NCBI GenBank assembly: GCA_964647535.1
Contig: CAZYGE010000004.1
Location: 6,870-70,869, forward strand
Reading direction: 5' to 3'
Origin: an uncultured Proteiniphilum sp.
GTDB taxonomy: Bacteria > Bacteroidota > Bacteroidia > Bacteroidales > Dysgonomonadaceae
DNA length: 64,000 nt
Shown here: in pieces, positions 50,410-61,039 of the stretch
Layout of the letters: every line of letters starts with the position of its first letter
Numbering within the stretch: the first letter of the stretch is position 1
Notes under the pieces: generated by a model
The model's input: the letters and a program-made list of their open reading frames with translations, nothing else
What the model was told of the DNA's origin: nothing
The model's database searches: none
Position numbers and translations under genes: made by a program

Positions 50410-52068
50410 TTATTTCTGATATTTGAATCTTCTGATACTGCGTTTGGGAGTTTTCTCAAACCCGGTATCACGGATTCTAAATGTGGCAATTCGGCTATAG
50501 GCGGGGAGAGTACTGTTTATCACGTCAATCTCTTTTTTGAATTGTTCTTCCCATTTATCTTCTGTAATACCCTCCTTTTCAAGGGTCTCTTTTTCGGGAA
50601 CAATTAGTGCAACTATTTTTTTGTTTTCGCCAATTACAAGCACTTCATGTACATAGGGAGAGTTGTTTATTTTTTCTTCAATCTCTTCGGGATATATGTT
50701 TTGTCCGGAAGGACCTAAAAGCATGTTTTTGTTTCTTCCTTTAATGTAAATGAAATTGTCTTTATCAATAGTTCCTAGGTCTCCCGTTTTGAGCCAACCA
50801 TCCTTAGTGAAAGTTTTTTTAGTGGCTTCGTCGTTTTTGTAGTATCCCAACATTAGATTCGTGCCTTTGACAAGTATCTCGCCAACGATATTCTCTGGGT
50901 CATCAGAGTCAATCTTAGCTTGCATTCTGTCTACTATCTGTCCGGAGGAGCGTTTTCTGTAGTCACTCCAATATACGTATGAAATAAGCGGTCCGCATTC
51001 TGTCATACCATATCCAACCGTAAAAGGGAATTTCACTTTCTTAAGAAAGCTCTCAACTTCAGAACTCAAAGCTGCTCCACCAACTACTACCTCAACCAGA
51101 TTTCCACCAAAGAAATCTATCATGGATTTGCGCACCTTGCTATAAACAATTTTATTAAGCAAAGGTATTTTTACGAGTGTGGCTGCCGATCTTTCTTTTA
51201 ATTTTGGGAGAACAACATTGTTAACAATTTTCTCCAGGATGAGCGGTACTGCTAATACAAGTTTGGGTTTAGTAACTTTTAAAGCATCCTTTAAAACTGT
51301 AGGGGTAGGGGGATTCCCTAAGAAATTGATATTGCAACCAAGTGATATTGAATTGAGTATTTCAAATGCCAATCCATATGTGTGAGCCATCGGAAGCATG
51401 CACAAAACACTATCACCGGCTTTCATAAATCTTAAATTTTCATTGGCATATTTGGTGTTTGACCATAGGCTTCGATAGGGTACCATGACTCCTTTTGGGC
51501 TGCTTGTGGTACCTGAGGTGTAGTTGATTACTGCAAGCTCTTGGGGTTTATCTGTACGAAAAGCGACATCATTTACAAAAAATCCTTTCTCATATTTTTT
51601 TGCAAAGCGCTCTGGTGCAGTTGTTAGAAATTGATTAAGTTCCTCTGAATTTGATTTTATTATAGATAAATCATCTAAAGCAAATATAGTTTCAAGTTTA
51701 GGTAAAGTTTCTTCGTCAAGTTTATTCCAAATGTTTTTGTCTGTGAATAGGATTTTTGAATCAGAATGATCTACTATGAATTGAATGCTATCTTTATCAA
51801 ATTCATTTAAAATACTCACAGATACTGCTCCGTATGAAAGCGTGGCAAAAAACGTTATTGCCCAATTGGCAGAGTTCTTTCCGCATAAAGCAATTTTGTC
51901 ACCTCTTTTAACTCCACCGGCTTTAAATATATCGTGCATTTTATCTATCTCAAGCGCAAAGTCTTTGTATAAATAGGTTTTGCCTTGTAATTCCGTCAAT
52001 GCAGGGTTTTCCCAATTCAGCCTAATGCTCTGTTCAATTAGAGCCAAGAAACTATTCTGTATCATCAT
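50410..52068 (-). CDS. Long-chain fatty acid-CoA ligase (AMP-binding)
   Basis: YTSGTTSSPKGV, GYGMTE, TGDLG, GR.K, GQNIYPEEIE. Confidence 0.9.
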   Translation of the reverse strand: MMIQNSFLALIEQSIRLNWENPALTELQGKTYLYKDFALEIDKMHDIFKAGGVKRGDKIALCGKNSANWAITFFATLSYGAVSVSILNEFDKDSIQFIVDHSDSKILFTDKNIWNKLDEETLPKLETIFALDDLSIIKSNSEELNQFLTTAPERFAKKYEKGFFVNDVAFRTDKPQELAVINYTSGTTSSPKGVMVPYRSLWSNTKYANENLRFMKAGDSVLCMLPMAHTYGLAFEILNSISLGCNINFLGNPPTPTVLKDALKVTKPKLVLAVPLILEKIVNNVVLPKLKERSAATLVKIPLLNKIVYSKVRKSMIDFFGGNLVEVVVGGAALSSEVESFLKKVKFPFTVGYGMTECGPLISYVYWSDYRKRSSGQIVDRMQAKIDSDDPENIVGEILVKGTNLMLGYYKNDEATKKTFTKDGWLKTGDLGTIDKDNFIYIKGRNKNMLLGPSGQNIYPEEIEEKINNSPYVHEVLVIGENKKIVALIVPEKETLEKEGITEDKWEEQFKKEIDVINSTLPAYSRIATFRIRDTGFEKTPKRSIRRFKYQK

Positions 52069-52439
52069 TTATTTAGTTAATCAATTTCTTCATAAAATTA
52101 GATATTAAATAAATACAAACAAATCGTTTTATTATTTATTAATATGTAAGATAGTTGTGTATGATCAGTGTTGCGTATGTTTGTATATTTAGTGTGTTTA
52201 TTTCAATAATTGCACAGTTAACTCATTTATTTGATTTATTTACTGTGATTACTAGAACAAAATTTCATTATCACTAAAATTTATCTTACTTTTACCATGT
52301 GTTTTAGCAATATTATTTGGAAGATTAGAAATAAAATACTGTGTTATACAAAAAATCAATCATTTGAACTTGATATCAGGACAAATATATTACAACATAA
52401 AATAACAAACAACTTAAGTTAAACCAAAAATAAGTACTT

Positions 52440-53915
52440 ATGTCATCTAACATTTCAAGAAGAAAGTTTTTAGGAACCGGTGCTATGGCAGCTGCCGGCT
52501 TAACGGTAGTACCTTCATCGGTACTCGGAAAGAGTTTAGGGCGTACCGCCACAGCACCAAGCGATAAATTGAACATTGCGGGTGTTGGTGTAGGAGGTAG
52601 AGGTTTTGGCGTACTACGTCAAATGGAAAGTCAGAATATTATAGGTCTGACTGACGTTGACTGGAGATACAGTAAACGTGCATTTGATCATTTTCCACAA
52701 GCAAAAAGATACTACGATTATCGTAAGATGTATGATGAGCTTGGAAAGAGCATTGATGCTGTAATGGTTGCAACCTCAGACCATACTCACGCTATAATTG
52801 CTGCTGATGCTATAACGATGGGTAAGCATGTGTATGTTGAGAAACCATTAACACACAGTGTTTACGAATCGCGCCTATTAACCAGATTGGCCGATAAGCA
52901 TAAAATAGCAACCAGTATGGGTAACCAAGGTTCATCAGGTGCCGGAGTTCGTCAGGTGATTGATTGGATTGCAGATGGTCAGATTGGCGAGGTAACAAAA
53001 GTAGAAGCATTTACAGACCGTCCTATTTGGCCTCAAGGATTAATGATTCCTAAGGAAACACATAAAGTTCCTAAGACTCTTGATTGGGACCTTTTTATTG
53101 GACCAGCAAACAAACGTCCATTTAATGAAATTTATCACCCATGGAACTGGCGCGGTTGGTGGGATTTTGGTACAGGTGCGCTTGGTGATATGGCTTGCCA
53201 TATTCTTCATCCTGTATTTAAAGGACTCAACTTGGGATATCCATCGCAAGTGCAAGGTTCTTCAACTATGCTACTAACTGATAGTGCTCCTGATGCACAA
53301 ATGGTTAAATATGTATTCCCTGCAAGAGATAATTTGCCAAAAGTTGGTATGCCTGAAGTTGAAGTATACTGGTACGACGGTGGTCTTCAGCCAATGCGTC
53401 CTGAAGGTGTTCCTGCAGGTCATGATCTAAATGATAGTGGTGGTGGTGTTATTTTCCATGGAACCAAAGATACTTTAATTTGCGGATGCTATGGTGTTAA
53501 CCCATGGTTAGTATCGGGTCGCAAGCCTAATTCACCTAAGACACAACGTGAAATTACTATTTCTCACGAAATGGATTTTGTACGTGCAAGTAAGGAATCT
53601 TCTTCAAACCGTGTTGAAACTGCTTCTCCATTTTCAGAAGCCGGTCCATTCAATGAAATGGTGGTTATGGGTGTTCTTGCTGTTAGACTTCAAGCATTGA
53701 ATCAAGTATTGGATTGGGATGGTGAAAGTATGAAATTCACTAATATCGATCCTGACGCAACAATCAGAACAATTATTGAAGATGGTTTTAAGATTACAGA
53801 TGGTCATCCTACTTTCGATAAAACTTGGACAGATCCGGTTAATGCTCTGGCTTATGCAGAGGAAATGATTAAACATACTTACAAGAACGGTTATAAATTA
53901 CCGGATATGCCTTAA
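52440..53915 (+). CDS. Tat-exported Gfo/Idh/MocA oxidoreductase (putative glycoside 3-dehydrogenase)
   Basis: SRRKFL Tat motif, GVGGRG, DHTH, VEKPL, WRGWWDFGTGALGDMACH. Confidence 0.88.
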   Translation: MSSNISRRKFLGTGAMAAAGLTVVPSSVLGKSLGRTATAPSDKLNIAGVGVGGRGFGVLRQMESQNIIGLTDVDWRYSKRAFDHFPQAKRYYDYRKMYDELGKSIDAVMVATSDHTHAIIAADAITMGKHVYVEKPLTHSVYESRLLTRLADKHKIATSMGNQGSSGAGVRQVIDWIADGQIGEVTKVEAFTDRPIWPQGLMIPKETHKVPKTLDWDLFIGPANKRPFNEIYHPWNWRGWWDFGTGALGDMACHILHPVFKGLNLGYPSQVQGSSTMLLTDSAPDAQMVKYVFPARDNLPKVGMPEVEVYWYDGGLQPMRPEGVPAGHDLNDSGGGVIFHGTKDTLICGCYGVNPWLVSGRKPNSPKTQREITISHEMDFVRASKESSSNRVETASPFSEAGPFNEMVVMGVLAVRLQALNQVLDWDGESMKFTNIDPDATIRTIIEDGFKITDGHPTFDKTWTDPVNALAYAEEMIKHTYKNGYKLPDMP

Positions 53916-53925
53916 GCATATTTTT

Positions 53926-53963
53926 AATAGGGAATAATGAACAATGGTTTATTATTCCCTATT
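53926..53963 (+). terminator. Intergenic stem-loop
   Basis: AATAGGGAATAAT/ATTATTCCCTATT perfect 13-bp stem. Confidence 0.6.
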
Positions 53964-54009
53964 TGTATTCTATGGATATAATATAAGTTTAATTTAAAAG
54001 ATTTAAATT

Positions 54010-54876
54010 ATGAAGAAAGTTTTTTATGCAGTGACTATTATGGCAGCTACTGTTTTTGCAGCCTGTGGTGGTAGTGCACAAAAATCACAAGACGCAGAAA
54101 CTACAGAGGATGTAAGTGATACACCTCAGTATACTGTTGTTGAGAACCCTCAGGTTGATTTATCTGAGTTTGAGACAGACAGCGAAGGTTATATCGTTAT
54201 TTTCAACGGTGAAGATTTTACCGGATGGCGAGGATATGGCAAAGATCATGTACCTGGAAAATGGACTATTGAAGATGGTGCCATAAAATTTAACGGCTCA
54301 GGTGCAGGTGAAGCTCAGGATGGAGATGGTGGTGATATTATTTTTAGCCATAAGTTTAGAAACTTTGAGCTAAAATTAGACTGGAAAGTTTCAAGAGGTG
54401 GAAACTCAGGTATCTTTTATCTAGCCCAAGAGGTTACTACTGTTGATGATAATGGAAATGAAAGGCTAGAGCCAATTTATATTTCTTCTCCAGAGTATCA
54501 AATATTGGATAATGAAAATCATCCGGATGCTAAATTGGGCAAAGATAATAACAGGCAATCTGCTTCGCTTTATGATATGATCCCCGCAGTACCACAAAAT
54601 CAGAATCCTCACGGAGAGTGGAACAGTGCAACAATTATGGTGTATAGAGGGACTGTAGTTCACGGTCAAAACGATGAGAATGTTCTTGAATATCACCTAT
54701 GGACTCAGCAATGGACAGATATGCTTCAAGCAAGCAAATTTAGTGAAGACAAATGGCCACTTGCTTATGAATTACTGAATAATGTTGGCGGACCTGATAG
54801 AGAAGGTTATATCGGACTACAAGATCATGGAGATGATGTATGGTATAAAAATATTAGAGTTAAAATATTAGACTAA
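54010..54876 (+). CDS. DUF1080 (3-keto-disaccharide hydrolase family) lipoprotein
   Basis: FAAC lipobox; FNG.DFTGW, NFEL..DWK, GNSGIFY, PEYQILD, GEWN, GLQDHG..VWYKNI. Confidence 0.9.
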   Translation: MKKVFYAVTIMAATVFAACGGSAQKSQDAETTEDVSDTPQYTVVENPQVDLSEFETDSEGYIVIFNGEDFTGWRGYGKDHVPGKWTIEDGAIKFNGSGAGEAQDGDGGDIIFSHKFRNFELKLDWKVSRGGNSGIFYLAQEVTTVDDNGNERLEPIYISSPEYQILDNENHPDAKLGKDNNRQSASLYDMIPAVPQNQNPHGEWNSATIMVYRGTVVHGQNDENVLEYHLWTQQWTDMLQASKFSEDKWPLAYELLNNVGGPDREGYIGLQDHGDDVWYKNIRVKILD

Positions 54877-54890
54877 AAAACTCAAATTAT

Positions 54891-54930
54891 AAGTGTGATA
54901 CTGCGTTAAGTGGTATCACACTTTATTTTT
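54891..54930 (+). terminator. Intergenic stem-loop with T tail
   Basis: AAGTGTGATAC/GTATCACACTT stem followed by TATTTTT. Confidence 0.6.
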
Positions 54931-54943
54931 AACAAACAAAACA

Positions 54944-55837
54944 ATGAAGAAATTCTCAATTTTATTCAGTGTAGCCTTAATTAGCTCGCTCTTTGTATTA
55001 ACAAGTTGCAATCAAGGTCAGCAAACTACGGCCGATAATGATAACAGGAAAGAAATCTATCTTCAGCTTTATTCTTTAAGAGATGACATTAAAGCAAATT
55101 ATAACGCTACAATTGATTCTGTAGCTAAAATGGGTTTTACAGGCATTGAAGCTGCAGGATATAGTGACGGTATGTTTTACGGAATGACTCCAGCCGATTT
55201 CAAGCAATCAATTGAAGATGCAGGTATGGAAGTTTTATCATCTCATGCAGGAAGACCTCTTGCCGATCCGGCAGCCGATACTGACTGGGATGCCACTTGG
55301 GCATGGTGGGATACTGCAATTCAAGCACATAAAGATGCAGGAATGGAATATATAGTAACTGCTTGGATTCCTACTCCCAAAACATTGGTTGATCTGCAAG
55401 CATATTGCGATTATTTTAATGAGATTGGCGAAAAAGCCAATGCTGCAGGCATGAAGTTTGGCTATCATAACCACGCATTTGAGTTTGAAGAAGTTGAAGG
55501 TGAGTTAATGTATGACTACATGCTTGAAAACACCGATCCTTCAAAAGTATTCTTCCAAATGGATGTATACTGGGTAATAGAAGGTGGTCACGATCCTGTT
55601 GACTACTTTAACAGATACCCCGATCGCTTTGAGCTACTTCATATAAAAGATGAGCTGGAACTCGGTAGAAGCGGTAAGGTGGATTTTGCAAACATTTATA
55701 ATAATGTCGATACGTCCGGTGCCAAATACATGATTGTTGAAGTTGAAAGATACACGGGAACACCTATAGAAGGGGTTAGAGAAAGCTACAACTTCTTGAA
55801 TGATGCAGAATATGTAAAGGAGAGCTATTTGAATTAA
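54944..55837 (+). CDS. Sugar phosphate isomerase/epimerase TIM-barrel lipoprotein (putative 3-ketoglycoside lyase)
   Basis: LTSC lipobox; QLYSLR, GYHNH..EF, QMDVYW, LHIKD, VE.E. Confidence 0.85.
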   Translation: MKKFSILFSVALISSLFVLTSCNQGQQTTADNDNRKEIYLQLYSLRDDIKANYNATIDSVAKMGFTGIEAAGYSDGMFYGMTPADFKQSIEDAGMEVLSSHAGRPLADPAADTDWDATWAWWDTAIQAHKDAGMEYIVTAWIPTPKTLVDLQAYCDYFNEIGEKANAAGMKFGYHNHAFEFEEVEGELMYDYMLENTDPSKVFFQMDVYWVIEGGHDPVDYFNRYPDRFELLHIKDELELGRSGKVDFANIYNNVDTSGAKYMIVEVERYTGTPIEGVRESYNFLNDAEYVKESYLN

Positions 55838-55922
55838 AAATAGTTTGGTGAAATATTAAAATACTTTTTGAGTAAAAATTAGAAACACTCAAGTAAAAAG
55901 TGTCTTGAATTAAATATTGAAT

Positions 55923-55954
55923 CCCCGATCTAAAAATAGGTTGGGGTTTTTTTT
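55923..55954 (+). terminator. Intrinsic terminator
   Basis: CCCCGATCTA/TAGGTTGGGG stem plus T8. Confidence 0.7.
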
Positions 55955-56050
55955 GACTAGATGTTAGAAAATGTATTAGTTTTAAAAGGAAATACACTAT
56001 ATAAGCACTGATTAGTGTCAAAATTAGCGTTAGAGTCTTATATGTACAAA

Positions 56051-56077
56051 ATAACCCTCTGTAAAACAGAGGGTTAT
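56051..56077 (-). terminator. Terminator downstream of tRNA-Gln
   Basis: ATAACCCTCTGT-AAA-ACAGAGGGTTAT perfect 12-bp stem. Confidence 0.75.
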
Positions 56078-56089
56078 AGTTGTTGTGAG

Positions 56090-56160
56090 TTGTCCCACAA
56101 GGATTCGAACCTCAACCGGCTGAACCAAAATCAGATGTGCTACCGTTACACCATGGGACA
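56090..56160 (-). tRNA. tRNA-Gln(TTG)
   Basis: TGTCCCA/TGGGACA acceptor stem, anticodon loop TT-TTG-GT, GTTCGAATC T arm; CCA not encoded; TACTTTTG box at 56189-56196. Confidence 0.95.
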
Positions 56161-56284
56161 ATCCTTAAGCGCTTCGTTAAAAGCAATGCAAAAGTATAAT
56201 AATAAATTTAACGTTCCAAATATTTAGCTATCTATTTTAATCAAATCTTGCTTCTAGCAGCTGTTTATAGTACAAAAGTATTAT

Positions 56285-57577
56285 TTACTCTGCAATTAAT
56301 AGGAAATAATTTTTCTTACCACGTTGAGCTACAATAAACTTATCTCCTATTAGATGTTTTAGATCAATAATCTCATCAAACTGCTCCACTTTTTCTTTAT
56401 TTATCATAACCCCCCCTGCGCTAACAGTTTTGCGTAGCTCTCCTTTTGATGGGAAGGCGGCTGCATCTTCTGTAAGCAAATCAACTGTTTTAATACCCGC
56501 TGAGAGTTTTTCTTTAGAAATGGTGAACTGAGGCACGCCTTCAAATACTTGCATAAAAGTTTCTTCATCAATATTACGCAAAGCCGATGAGGTGGATCTT
56601 CCAAATAGAATCTGAGAAGCATCTACAGCCATATCATAATCTTCACGTGAGTGAACCATAATTGTTAGTTCTTCAGCAAGTCGCTTTTGCAATGGTCTCA
56701 TATGTGGAGATTTCTCTTGTTCAGAAACTAGTGCATCTATCTCCTCTTTTGAAAGGGATGTAAATATTTTAATATACTTGTCCGCATCACTATCGCTAAC
56801 GTTTAACCAGAACTGATAAAATTTATATGGTGATGTGTAACGTCTGTCTAACCATACGTTTCCACTTTCAGTTTTACCAAATTTACCACCATCGGCTTTC
56901 GTAATAAGCGGACAAACTAATGCGAATGCATCACCTCCTTCAACTTTGCGTATTAATTCTGTACCTGTGGTAATATTTCCCCATTGATCGGAACCTCCAA
57001 GTTGTATACGGCAATCTCTTTCACGGTACAGATGCAAATAATCATAACCTTGCAATAACTGGTAAGAGAATTCTGTAAAAGACATTCCTTCCTTAGATTC
57101 TCCGCTTAGTCGTTTCCTTACAGAGTCTTTGGCCATCATATAATTTACGGTTATATGCTTCCCAATATCACGTATGAAATTAAGAAAGCTATAATCTTTC
57201 ATCCAGTCATAATTATTTACTAACTGTGCTTTATTGGGAATATCACTTTCAAAATCGAGAAACTTGCCCAATTGTTTTTTTATTGACTCTTGATTATGAC
57301 GAAGTGTAGCTTCATCGAGTAGATTTCTTTCGGCCGATTTCATAGACGGGTCTCCAATCATGCCTGTAGCACCTCCAATTAAGGCAATGGGAGTATGCCC
57401 TGCGCGCTGAAAATGTTTTAGCATCATTACACCCACTAGGTGCCCGATATGCAATGAGTCGGCAGTGGGATCGATTCCGAGATAACCTGATGTTCGCTCT
57501 TTAAGCAATTGTTCTTCCGTGCCGGGCATAATCTCTTGAATCATGCCACGCCAACGTAGTTCTTCCACAAAATTCAT
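56285..57577 (-). CDS. tyrS: Tyrosine--tRNA ligase
   Basis: [28 protein letters not shown]-terminal S4-like domain; TATCTTTG box at 57631-57638. Confidence 0.97.
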   Translation of the reverse strand: MNFVEELRWRGMIQEIMPGTEEQLLKERTSGYLGIDPTADSLHIGHLVGVMMLKHFQRAGHTPIALIGGATGMIGDPSMKSAERNLLDEATLRHNQESIKKQLGKFLDFESDIPNKAQLVNNYDWMKDYSFLNFIRDIGKHITVNYMMAKDSVRKRLSGESKEGMSFTEFSYQLLQGYDYLHLYRERDCRIQLGGSDQWGNITTGTELIRKVEGGDAFALVCPLITKADGGKFGKTESGNVWLDRRYTSPYKFYQFWLNVSDSDADKYIKIFTSLSKEEIDALVSEQEKSPHMRPLQKRLAEELTIMVHSREDYDMAVDASQILFGRSTSSALRNIDEETFMQVFEGVPQFTISKEKLSAGIKTVDLLTEDAAAFPSKGELRKTVSAGGVMINKEKVEQFDEIIDLKHLIGDKFIVAQRGKKNYFLLIAE

Positions 57578-57810
57578 ATTGTATTAATTATATTAAAGGA
57601 GTTTGATAATTAAACTCTAAAAAACAGATACAAAGATAATAAAAGTAATTGGTATAGATTATGAAAAAAACAACTCCTAAATTATTGTCAAGTAAAAATT
57701 ACATAGTACACATATACTTCGTTCAAATTGTTGATGGCAAAACATAAAAATTTCACTGAGAAGTTAATAAGACAAGTAGAAAAATCATATTAGTAATAGA
57801 TCCACAATTA

Positions 57811-57861
57811 AAAAAGAGACTGTCTCAAATCGAAGTTATTTCTTCGTAGAACAGTCTCTTT
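57811..57861 (-). terminator. Long compound hairpin, probable terminator of the TPR lipoprotein gene
   Basis: AAAGAGACTGT/ACAGTCTCTTT outer stem, CGAAG/CTTCG inner stem, T run on minus strand. Confidence 0.6.
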
Positions 57862-57972
57862 AATAGTTATGTCTGAATTACAGTTATAAATAGTTGCTCA
57901 TTTTCCAACTACATGATTACTCATAAATTATTTACTTATTTTAAAGTATAACCTTATTTTAAAGTTCATCGC

Positions 57973-59676
57973 TCAATTCAACAAAGACATAAACTCTTGG
58001 TTGGTGCGATATTTTGCAAATTCCAAGTCGTTTAAAGCTTTAACGGCTATTGTTCTATCACGACCAATTGCAGTGCGAAGATTTGAAACAACATCGTTGA
58101 AATTGTTTGTTCTTGAAGCAATTACTGCTAAAAGATAAGCAGTAGTAGAATCAGGGTTGTCAACCGCCTCTAACGTCTGTTTAGCTTTGTTGTAGTCAGA
58201 AGTAAGCAAATGAGCAAGACCTGCATTATTGGTTCTTGCGTTTCCATAAGCACCTGCCGCTTGGTTATAATTTCCTTGCAACAAGTTAAGTAAACCCATA
58301 GCTTCATCAAGACCATCGGCACCCGCCGATCTTCCAAGCAACTCATTCGCTGTAGTAAGATCATTATTTAAAATTGCTAATAATGCTTTATTCATATTTA
58401 CTTCAGGAGCATTAGGAGAAACCTGTCCTGCACGGTTAAAAGCTTGTTCTGCCTTAGCATAATCACCTTGCTTGAAATACATTGTTCCGATATTGTTCCA
58501 GCCTCTATAATCAGTAGTGAAGTTGGCTGTAACATACTGATATACGCTTTCCTTTACACTCTCATCATCAGTTAAACTTGATGCATAAAGCAATTCGTCT
58601 ACGGATAGTTCTTTAGGATTATTAGTCCATGCAGACATAATCTCTTCATCAGATTTACCGATGATTTCAATATTGGCAGTTATTCTTGAACGACGTAATT
58701 GGGGTAGAATTGTGTCAGCAAGATCTTCAAACACATATGAGATGTTTTTAATCTCTCTCTCTCTCGTTTCAGAATCAGGATACATTTCTAATACCCTTAA
58801 AATTAGCTCTTTGTCTTGAAGATTAGATGCAGCAACCAGTTGGCTAAATCCTTCCCAATCTTGTGCTGTGTAATGGGCAAAAACTTCAGTATTAATGTTT
58901 CTTCTACCTAGTTCACTCTCAATATAATTAGAGGTGTTTTGCTCACGTTGAGCTGCAAGTCTTTCGTTAAGTGATAAACCACCATCTGGAGATGCATATG
59001 CAGAAACCTCAACATTTACATTCTGTCTTGGATCATTAAAGGCTTCTTCAACACGTTTTTTCCATGTCGCCATATCCTGTTTGTTCAACTCGCTCTGACG
59101 TAAATTAGCCTGTTGAATAACAAACATAATGTTTGACTCTTGTTTATCTTGGATAATACGCTGAAAACCGTCGGGAGCGACAGAAGGAGTAGTTGAAGCG
59201 ACACTAGCAAGAGCAGAAGTTGCAATTACCCCATCAGCTACTTTAAGATCAGGTAAATTTGAGCGTTTATTTTTTATACTACCATCAAATCTCAGATACA
59301 ATTCTGATGAACTCATAGCATCTTCATAAGGAAACGTACTATTGATAGTAAAATTAGCTCCTCTAGCTTGTCTTACAGCTGTTCTGTTTCCAGAAATATT
59401 TTCACCCTGAAAACTATAAGGTGTTCCAACAATCTCCTGATTGTTACCATATTTCAAAACAGGTGTAATAGTTACAATTGCATTTTTGTTAAACCATTTC
59501 TCAGGAAAAGTTCCGTTTACTGTAACGGGAATTTGATTTCCGACTGTTTCGAGTGGAGATGGTGTAACATTGAAATTGTTTTGAGACAGCGGCTTAAGCT
59601 TGCTGCTACACGACGTTGCGAAGAGGGCAACTCCCAGCAACAGCGCTAGTGATAATAAACGAGAAATTCTTTTCAT
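57973..59676 (-). CDS. Lipoprotein with OmpA-like central domain and C-terminal TPR repeats
   Basis: ATSC lipobox; SAYASPDG...LNERLA.QR OmpA-like motif; TPR-like WNNIG..Y...GDY..A; TAAATTTG box at 59753. Confidence 0.8.
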   Translation of the reverse strand: MKRISRLLSLALLLGVALFATSCSSKLKPLSQNNFNVTPSPLETVGNQIPVTVNGTFPEKWFNKNAIVTITPVLKYGNNQEIVGTPYSFQGENISGNRTAVRQARGANFTINSTFPYEDAMSSSELYLRFDGSIKNKRSNLPDLKVADGVIATSALASVASTTPSVAPDGFQRIIQDKQESNIMFVIQQANLRQSELNKQDMATWKKRVEEAFNDPRQNVNVEVSAYASPDGGLSLNERLAAQREQNTSNYIESELGRRNINTEVFAHYTAQDWEGFSQLVAASNLQDKELILRVLEMYPDSETREREIKNISYVFEDLADTILPQLRRSRITANIEIIGKSDEEIMSAWTNNPKELSVDELLYASSLTDDESVKESVYQYVTANFTTDYRGWNNIGTMYFKQGDYAKAEQAFNRAGQVSPNAPEVNMNKALLAILNNDLTTANELLGRSAGADGLDEAMGLLNLLQGNYNQAAGAYGNARTNNAGLAHLLTSDYNKAKQTLEAVDNPDSTTAYLLAVIASRTNNFNDVVSNLRTAIGRDRTIAVKALNDLEFAKYRTNQEFMSLLN

Positions 59677-59849
59677 GTTGTGTGTAATATAAGTTAGTTT
59701 AATAAATTATTTCGAGATATAAATGCTTGACATAATTGATTTTACAGAGGTACAAATTTACATTTTTTTGTCTTGTAAACAAAGTAATAAATATTGATAA
59801 TTTCACAAAATTCTGAAAAAACTAAACTGTGATGACCATTGGCATTAAA

Positions 59850-60968
59850 TTAAAGAGTTGGGTCGACGTTAAAACCTAATTGGTGTAGTAGATCAGATAA
59901 GCCTGATGCATAATTCTTTATCGTATAAGCTCTATACTCTCTCCTTAAAGGATAGTTAGATCTAAACCAATAAAACTTTCTAGGATTCAATTTTAACAGT
60001 TCACTTTCCTTTAAGGGATTGTAGCTATGCCAAATGGCATGAGCAAGTTGATTTTCTTCAGGAACAGTTTGCAAATCGATAACCGGATTCAATGGTTCGG
60101 GCAAACTCCGATATTTAGGTTCGATATCAATCTTAAAGAAACTCATTAAGTTCTCTATACTCATGCGAGTTGCTGTCCACTTTCCATCAGCAGAATAGCC
60201 TGCAATATGAGGAGTAGCGATATCAACCAAGGCTAATAATTCACGATCGATTTCCGGTTCATTTTCCCAGCAATCTATAACAGCACCTGATATTTTCCCA
60301 CTTTTAATTGCTTTTTTAAGAGACTCATTACTTGTAACACCACCTCGTGCTGCATTTATAATAAATGGTTTTTTTGCAACCTCATCCAAGAAATTATCAT
60401 TCACCAAATGATGAGTCTTATGAGCTCCAAATTTAGTTAAAGGCGTATGAACTGTGATAAAATCACACTCTTTTTTAATAGTTTCAGTATCCACAAAAAT
60501 AGAAGAGTACTCCTTTTCTTCTCTTGGGGGGTCATTCAAAAGAACTCTCATTCCCAGTTTCCTACATGCAATTTCTACTTTGTTCCCCACATTGCCAACC
60601 CCAACAATACCAATTGTTTTGTCTTTTAGCTCAAACATATATTTATGGGCAAGATACAGTAGCGAAGCAGTTACATATTGTTCAACCGAATTAGCATTAC
60701 ATCCCGGCGCAGTTCTCCAAGCAACACCATTTGCATCACAAAACTCAGTGTCAATATGATCAAACCCTATAGTTGCAGAACAAATAAGTTTCACATTGCT
60801 ACCGGAAAGATTCTCCTCACCAAAATGAGTAACAGTACGCACTATAAGCGCATCTTTATCCCTTATCGCCTCTTTAGTAAACTCATTCCCGGGAAGATAT
60901 TCAACCACTCCAAACTGCTCGGCAACGCCTTCTAAATATGGGATATGTGCATCAGCTAAAATTTTCAT
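59850..60968 (-). CDS. pdxB: 4-phosphoerythronate dehydrogenase
   Basis: LIVRTVT, SATIG.DHID, APGCNA.SV, G.GNVG, D.WE.EP, TPHIAGYS.DGK. Confidence 0.93.
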   Translation of the reverse strand: MKILADAHIPYLEGVAEQFGVVEYLPGNEFTKEAIRDKDALIVRTVTHFGEENLSGSNVKLICSATIGFDHIDTEFCDANGVAWRTAPGCNANSVEQYVTASLLYLAHKYMFELKDKTIGIVGVGNVGNKVEIACRKLGMRVLLNDPPREEKEYSSIFVDTETIKKECDFITVHTPLTKFGAHKTHHLVNDNFLDEVAKKPFIINAARGGVTSNESLKKAIKSGKISGAVIDCWENEPEIDRELLALVDIATPHIAGYSADGKWTATRMSIENLMSFFKIDIEPKYRSLPEPLNPVIDLQTVPEENQLAHAIWHSYNPLKESELLKLNPRKFYWFRSNYPLRREYRAYTIKNYASGLSDLLHQLGFNVDPTL

Positions 60969-61039
60969 AAAATGCTATTCGTTTACGACTGTGTCAATGT
61001 CTTATTCTATTATTTCAAGTCCTAAAATTAAGAACCCAA

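Noticed and set aside
56015-56227. 70-aa ORF, or an island integrated at tRNA-Gln
   Set aside because: The ORF is antisense to the tRNA; I noticed no duplicated tRNA 3' end or integrase, and the terminator directly follows the tRNA.
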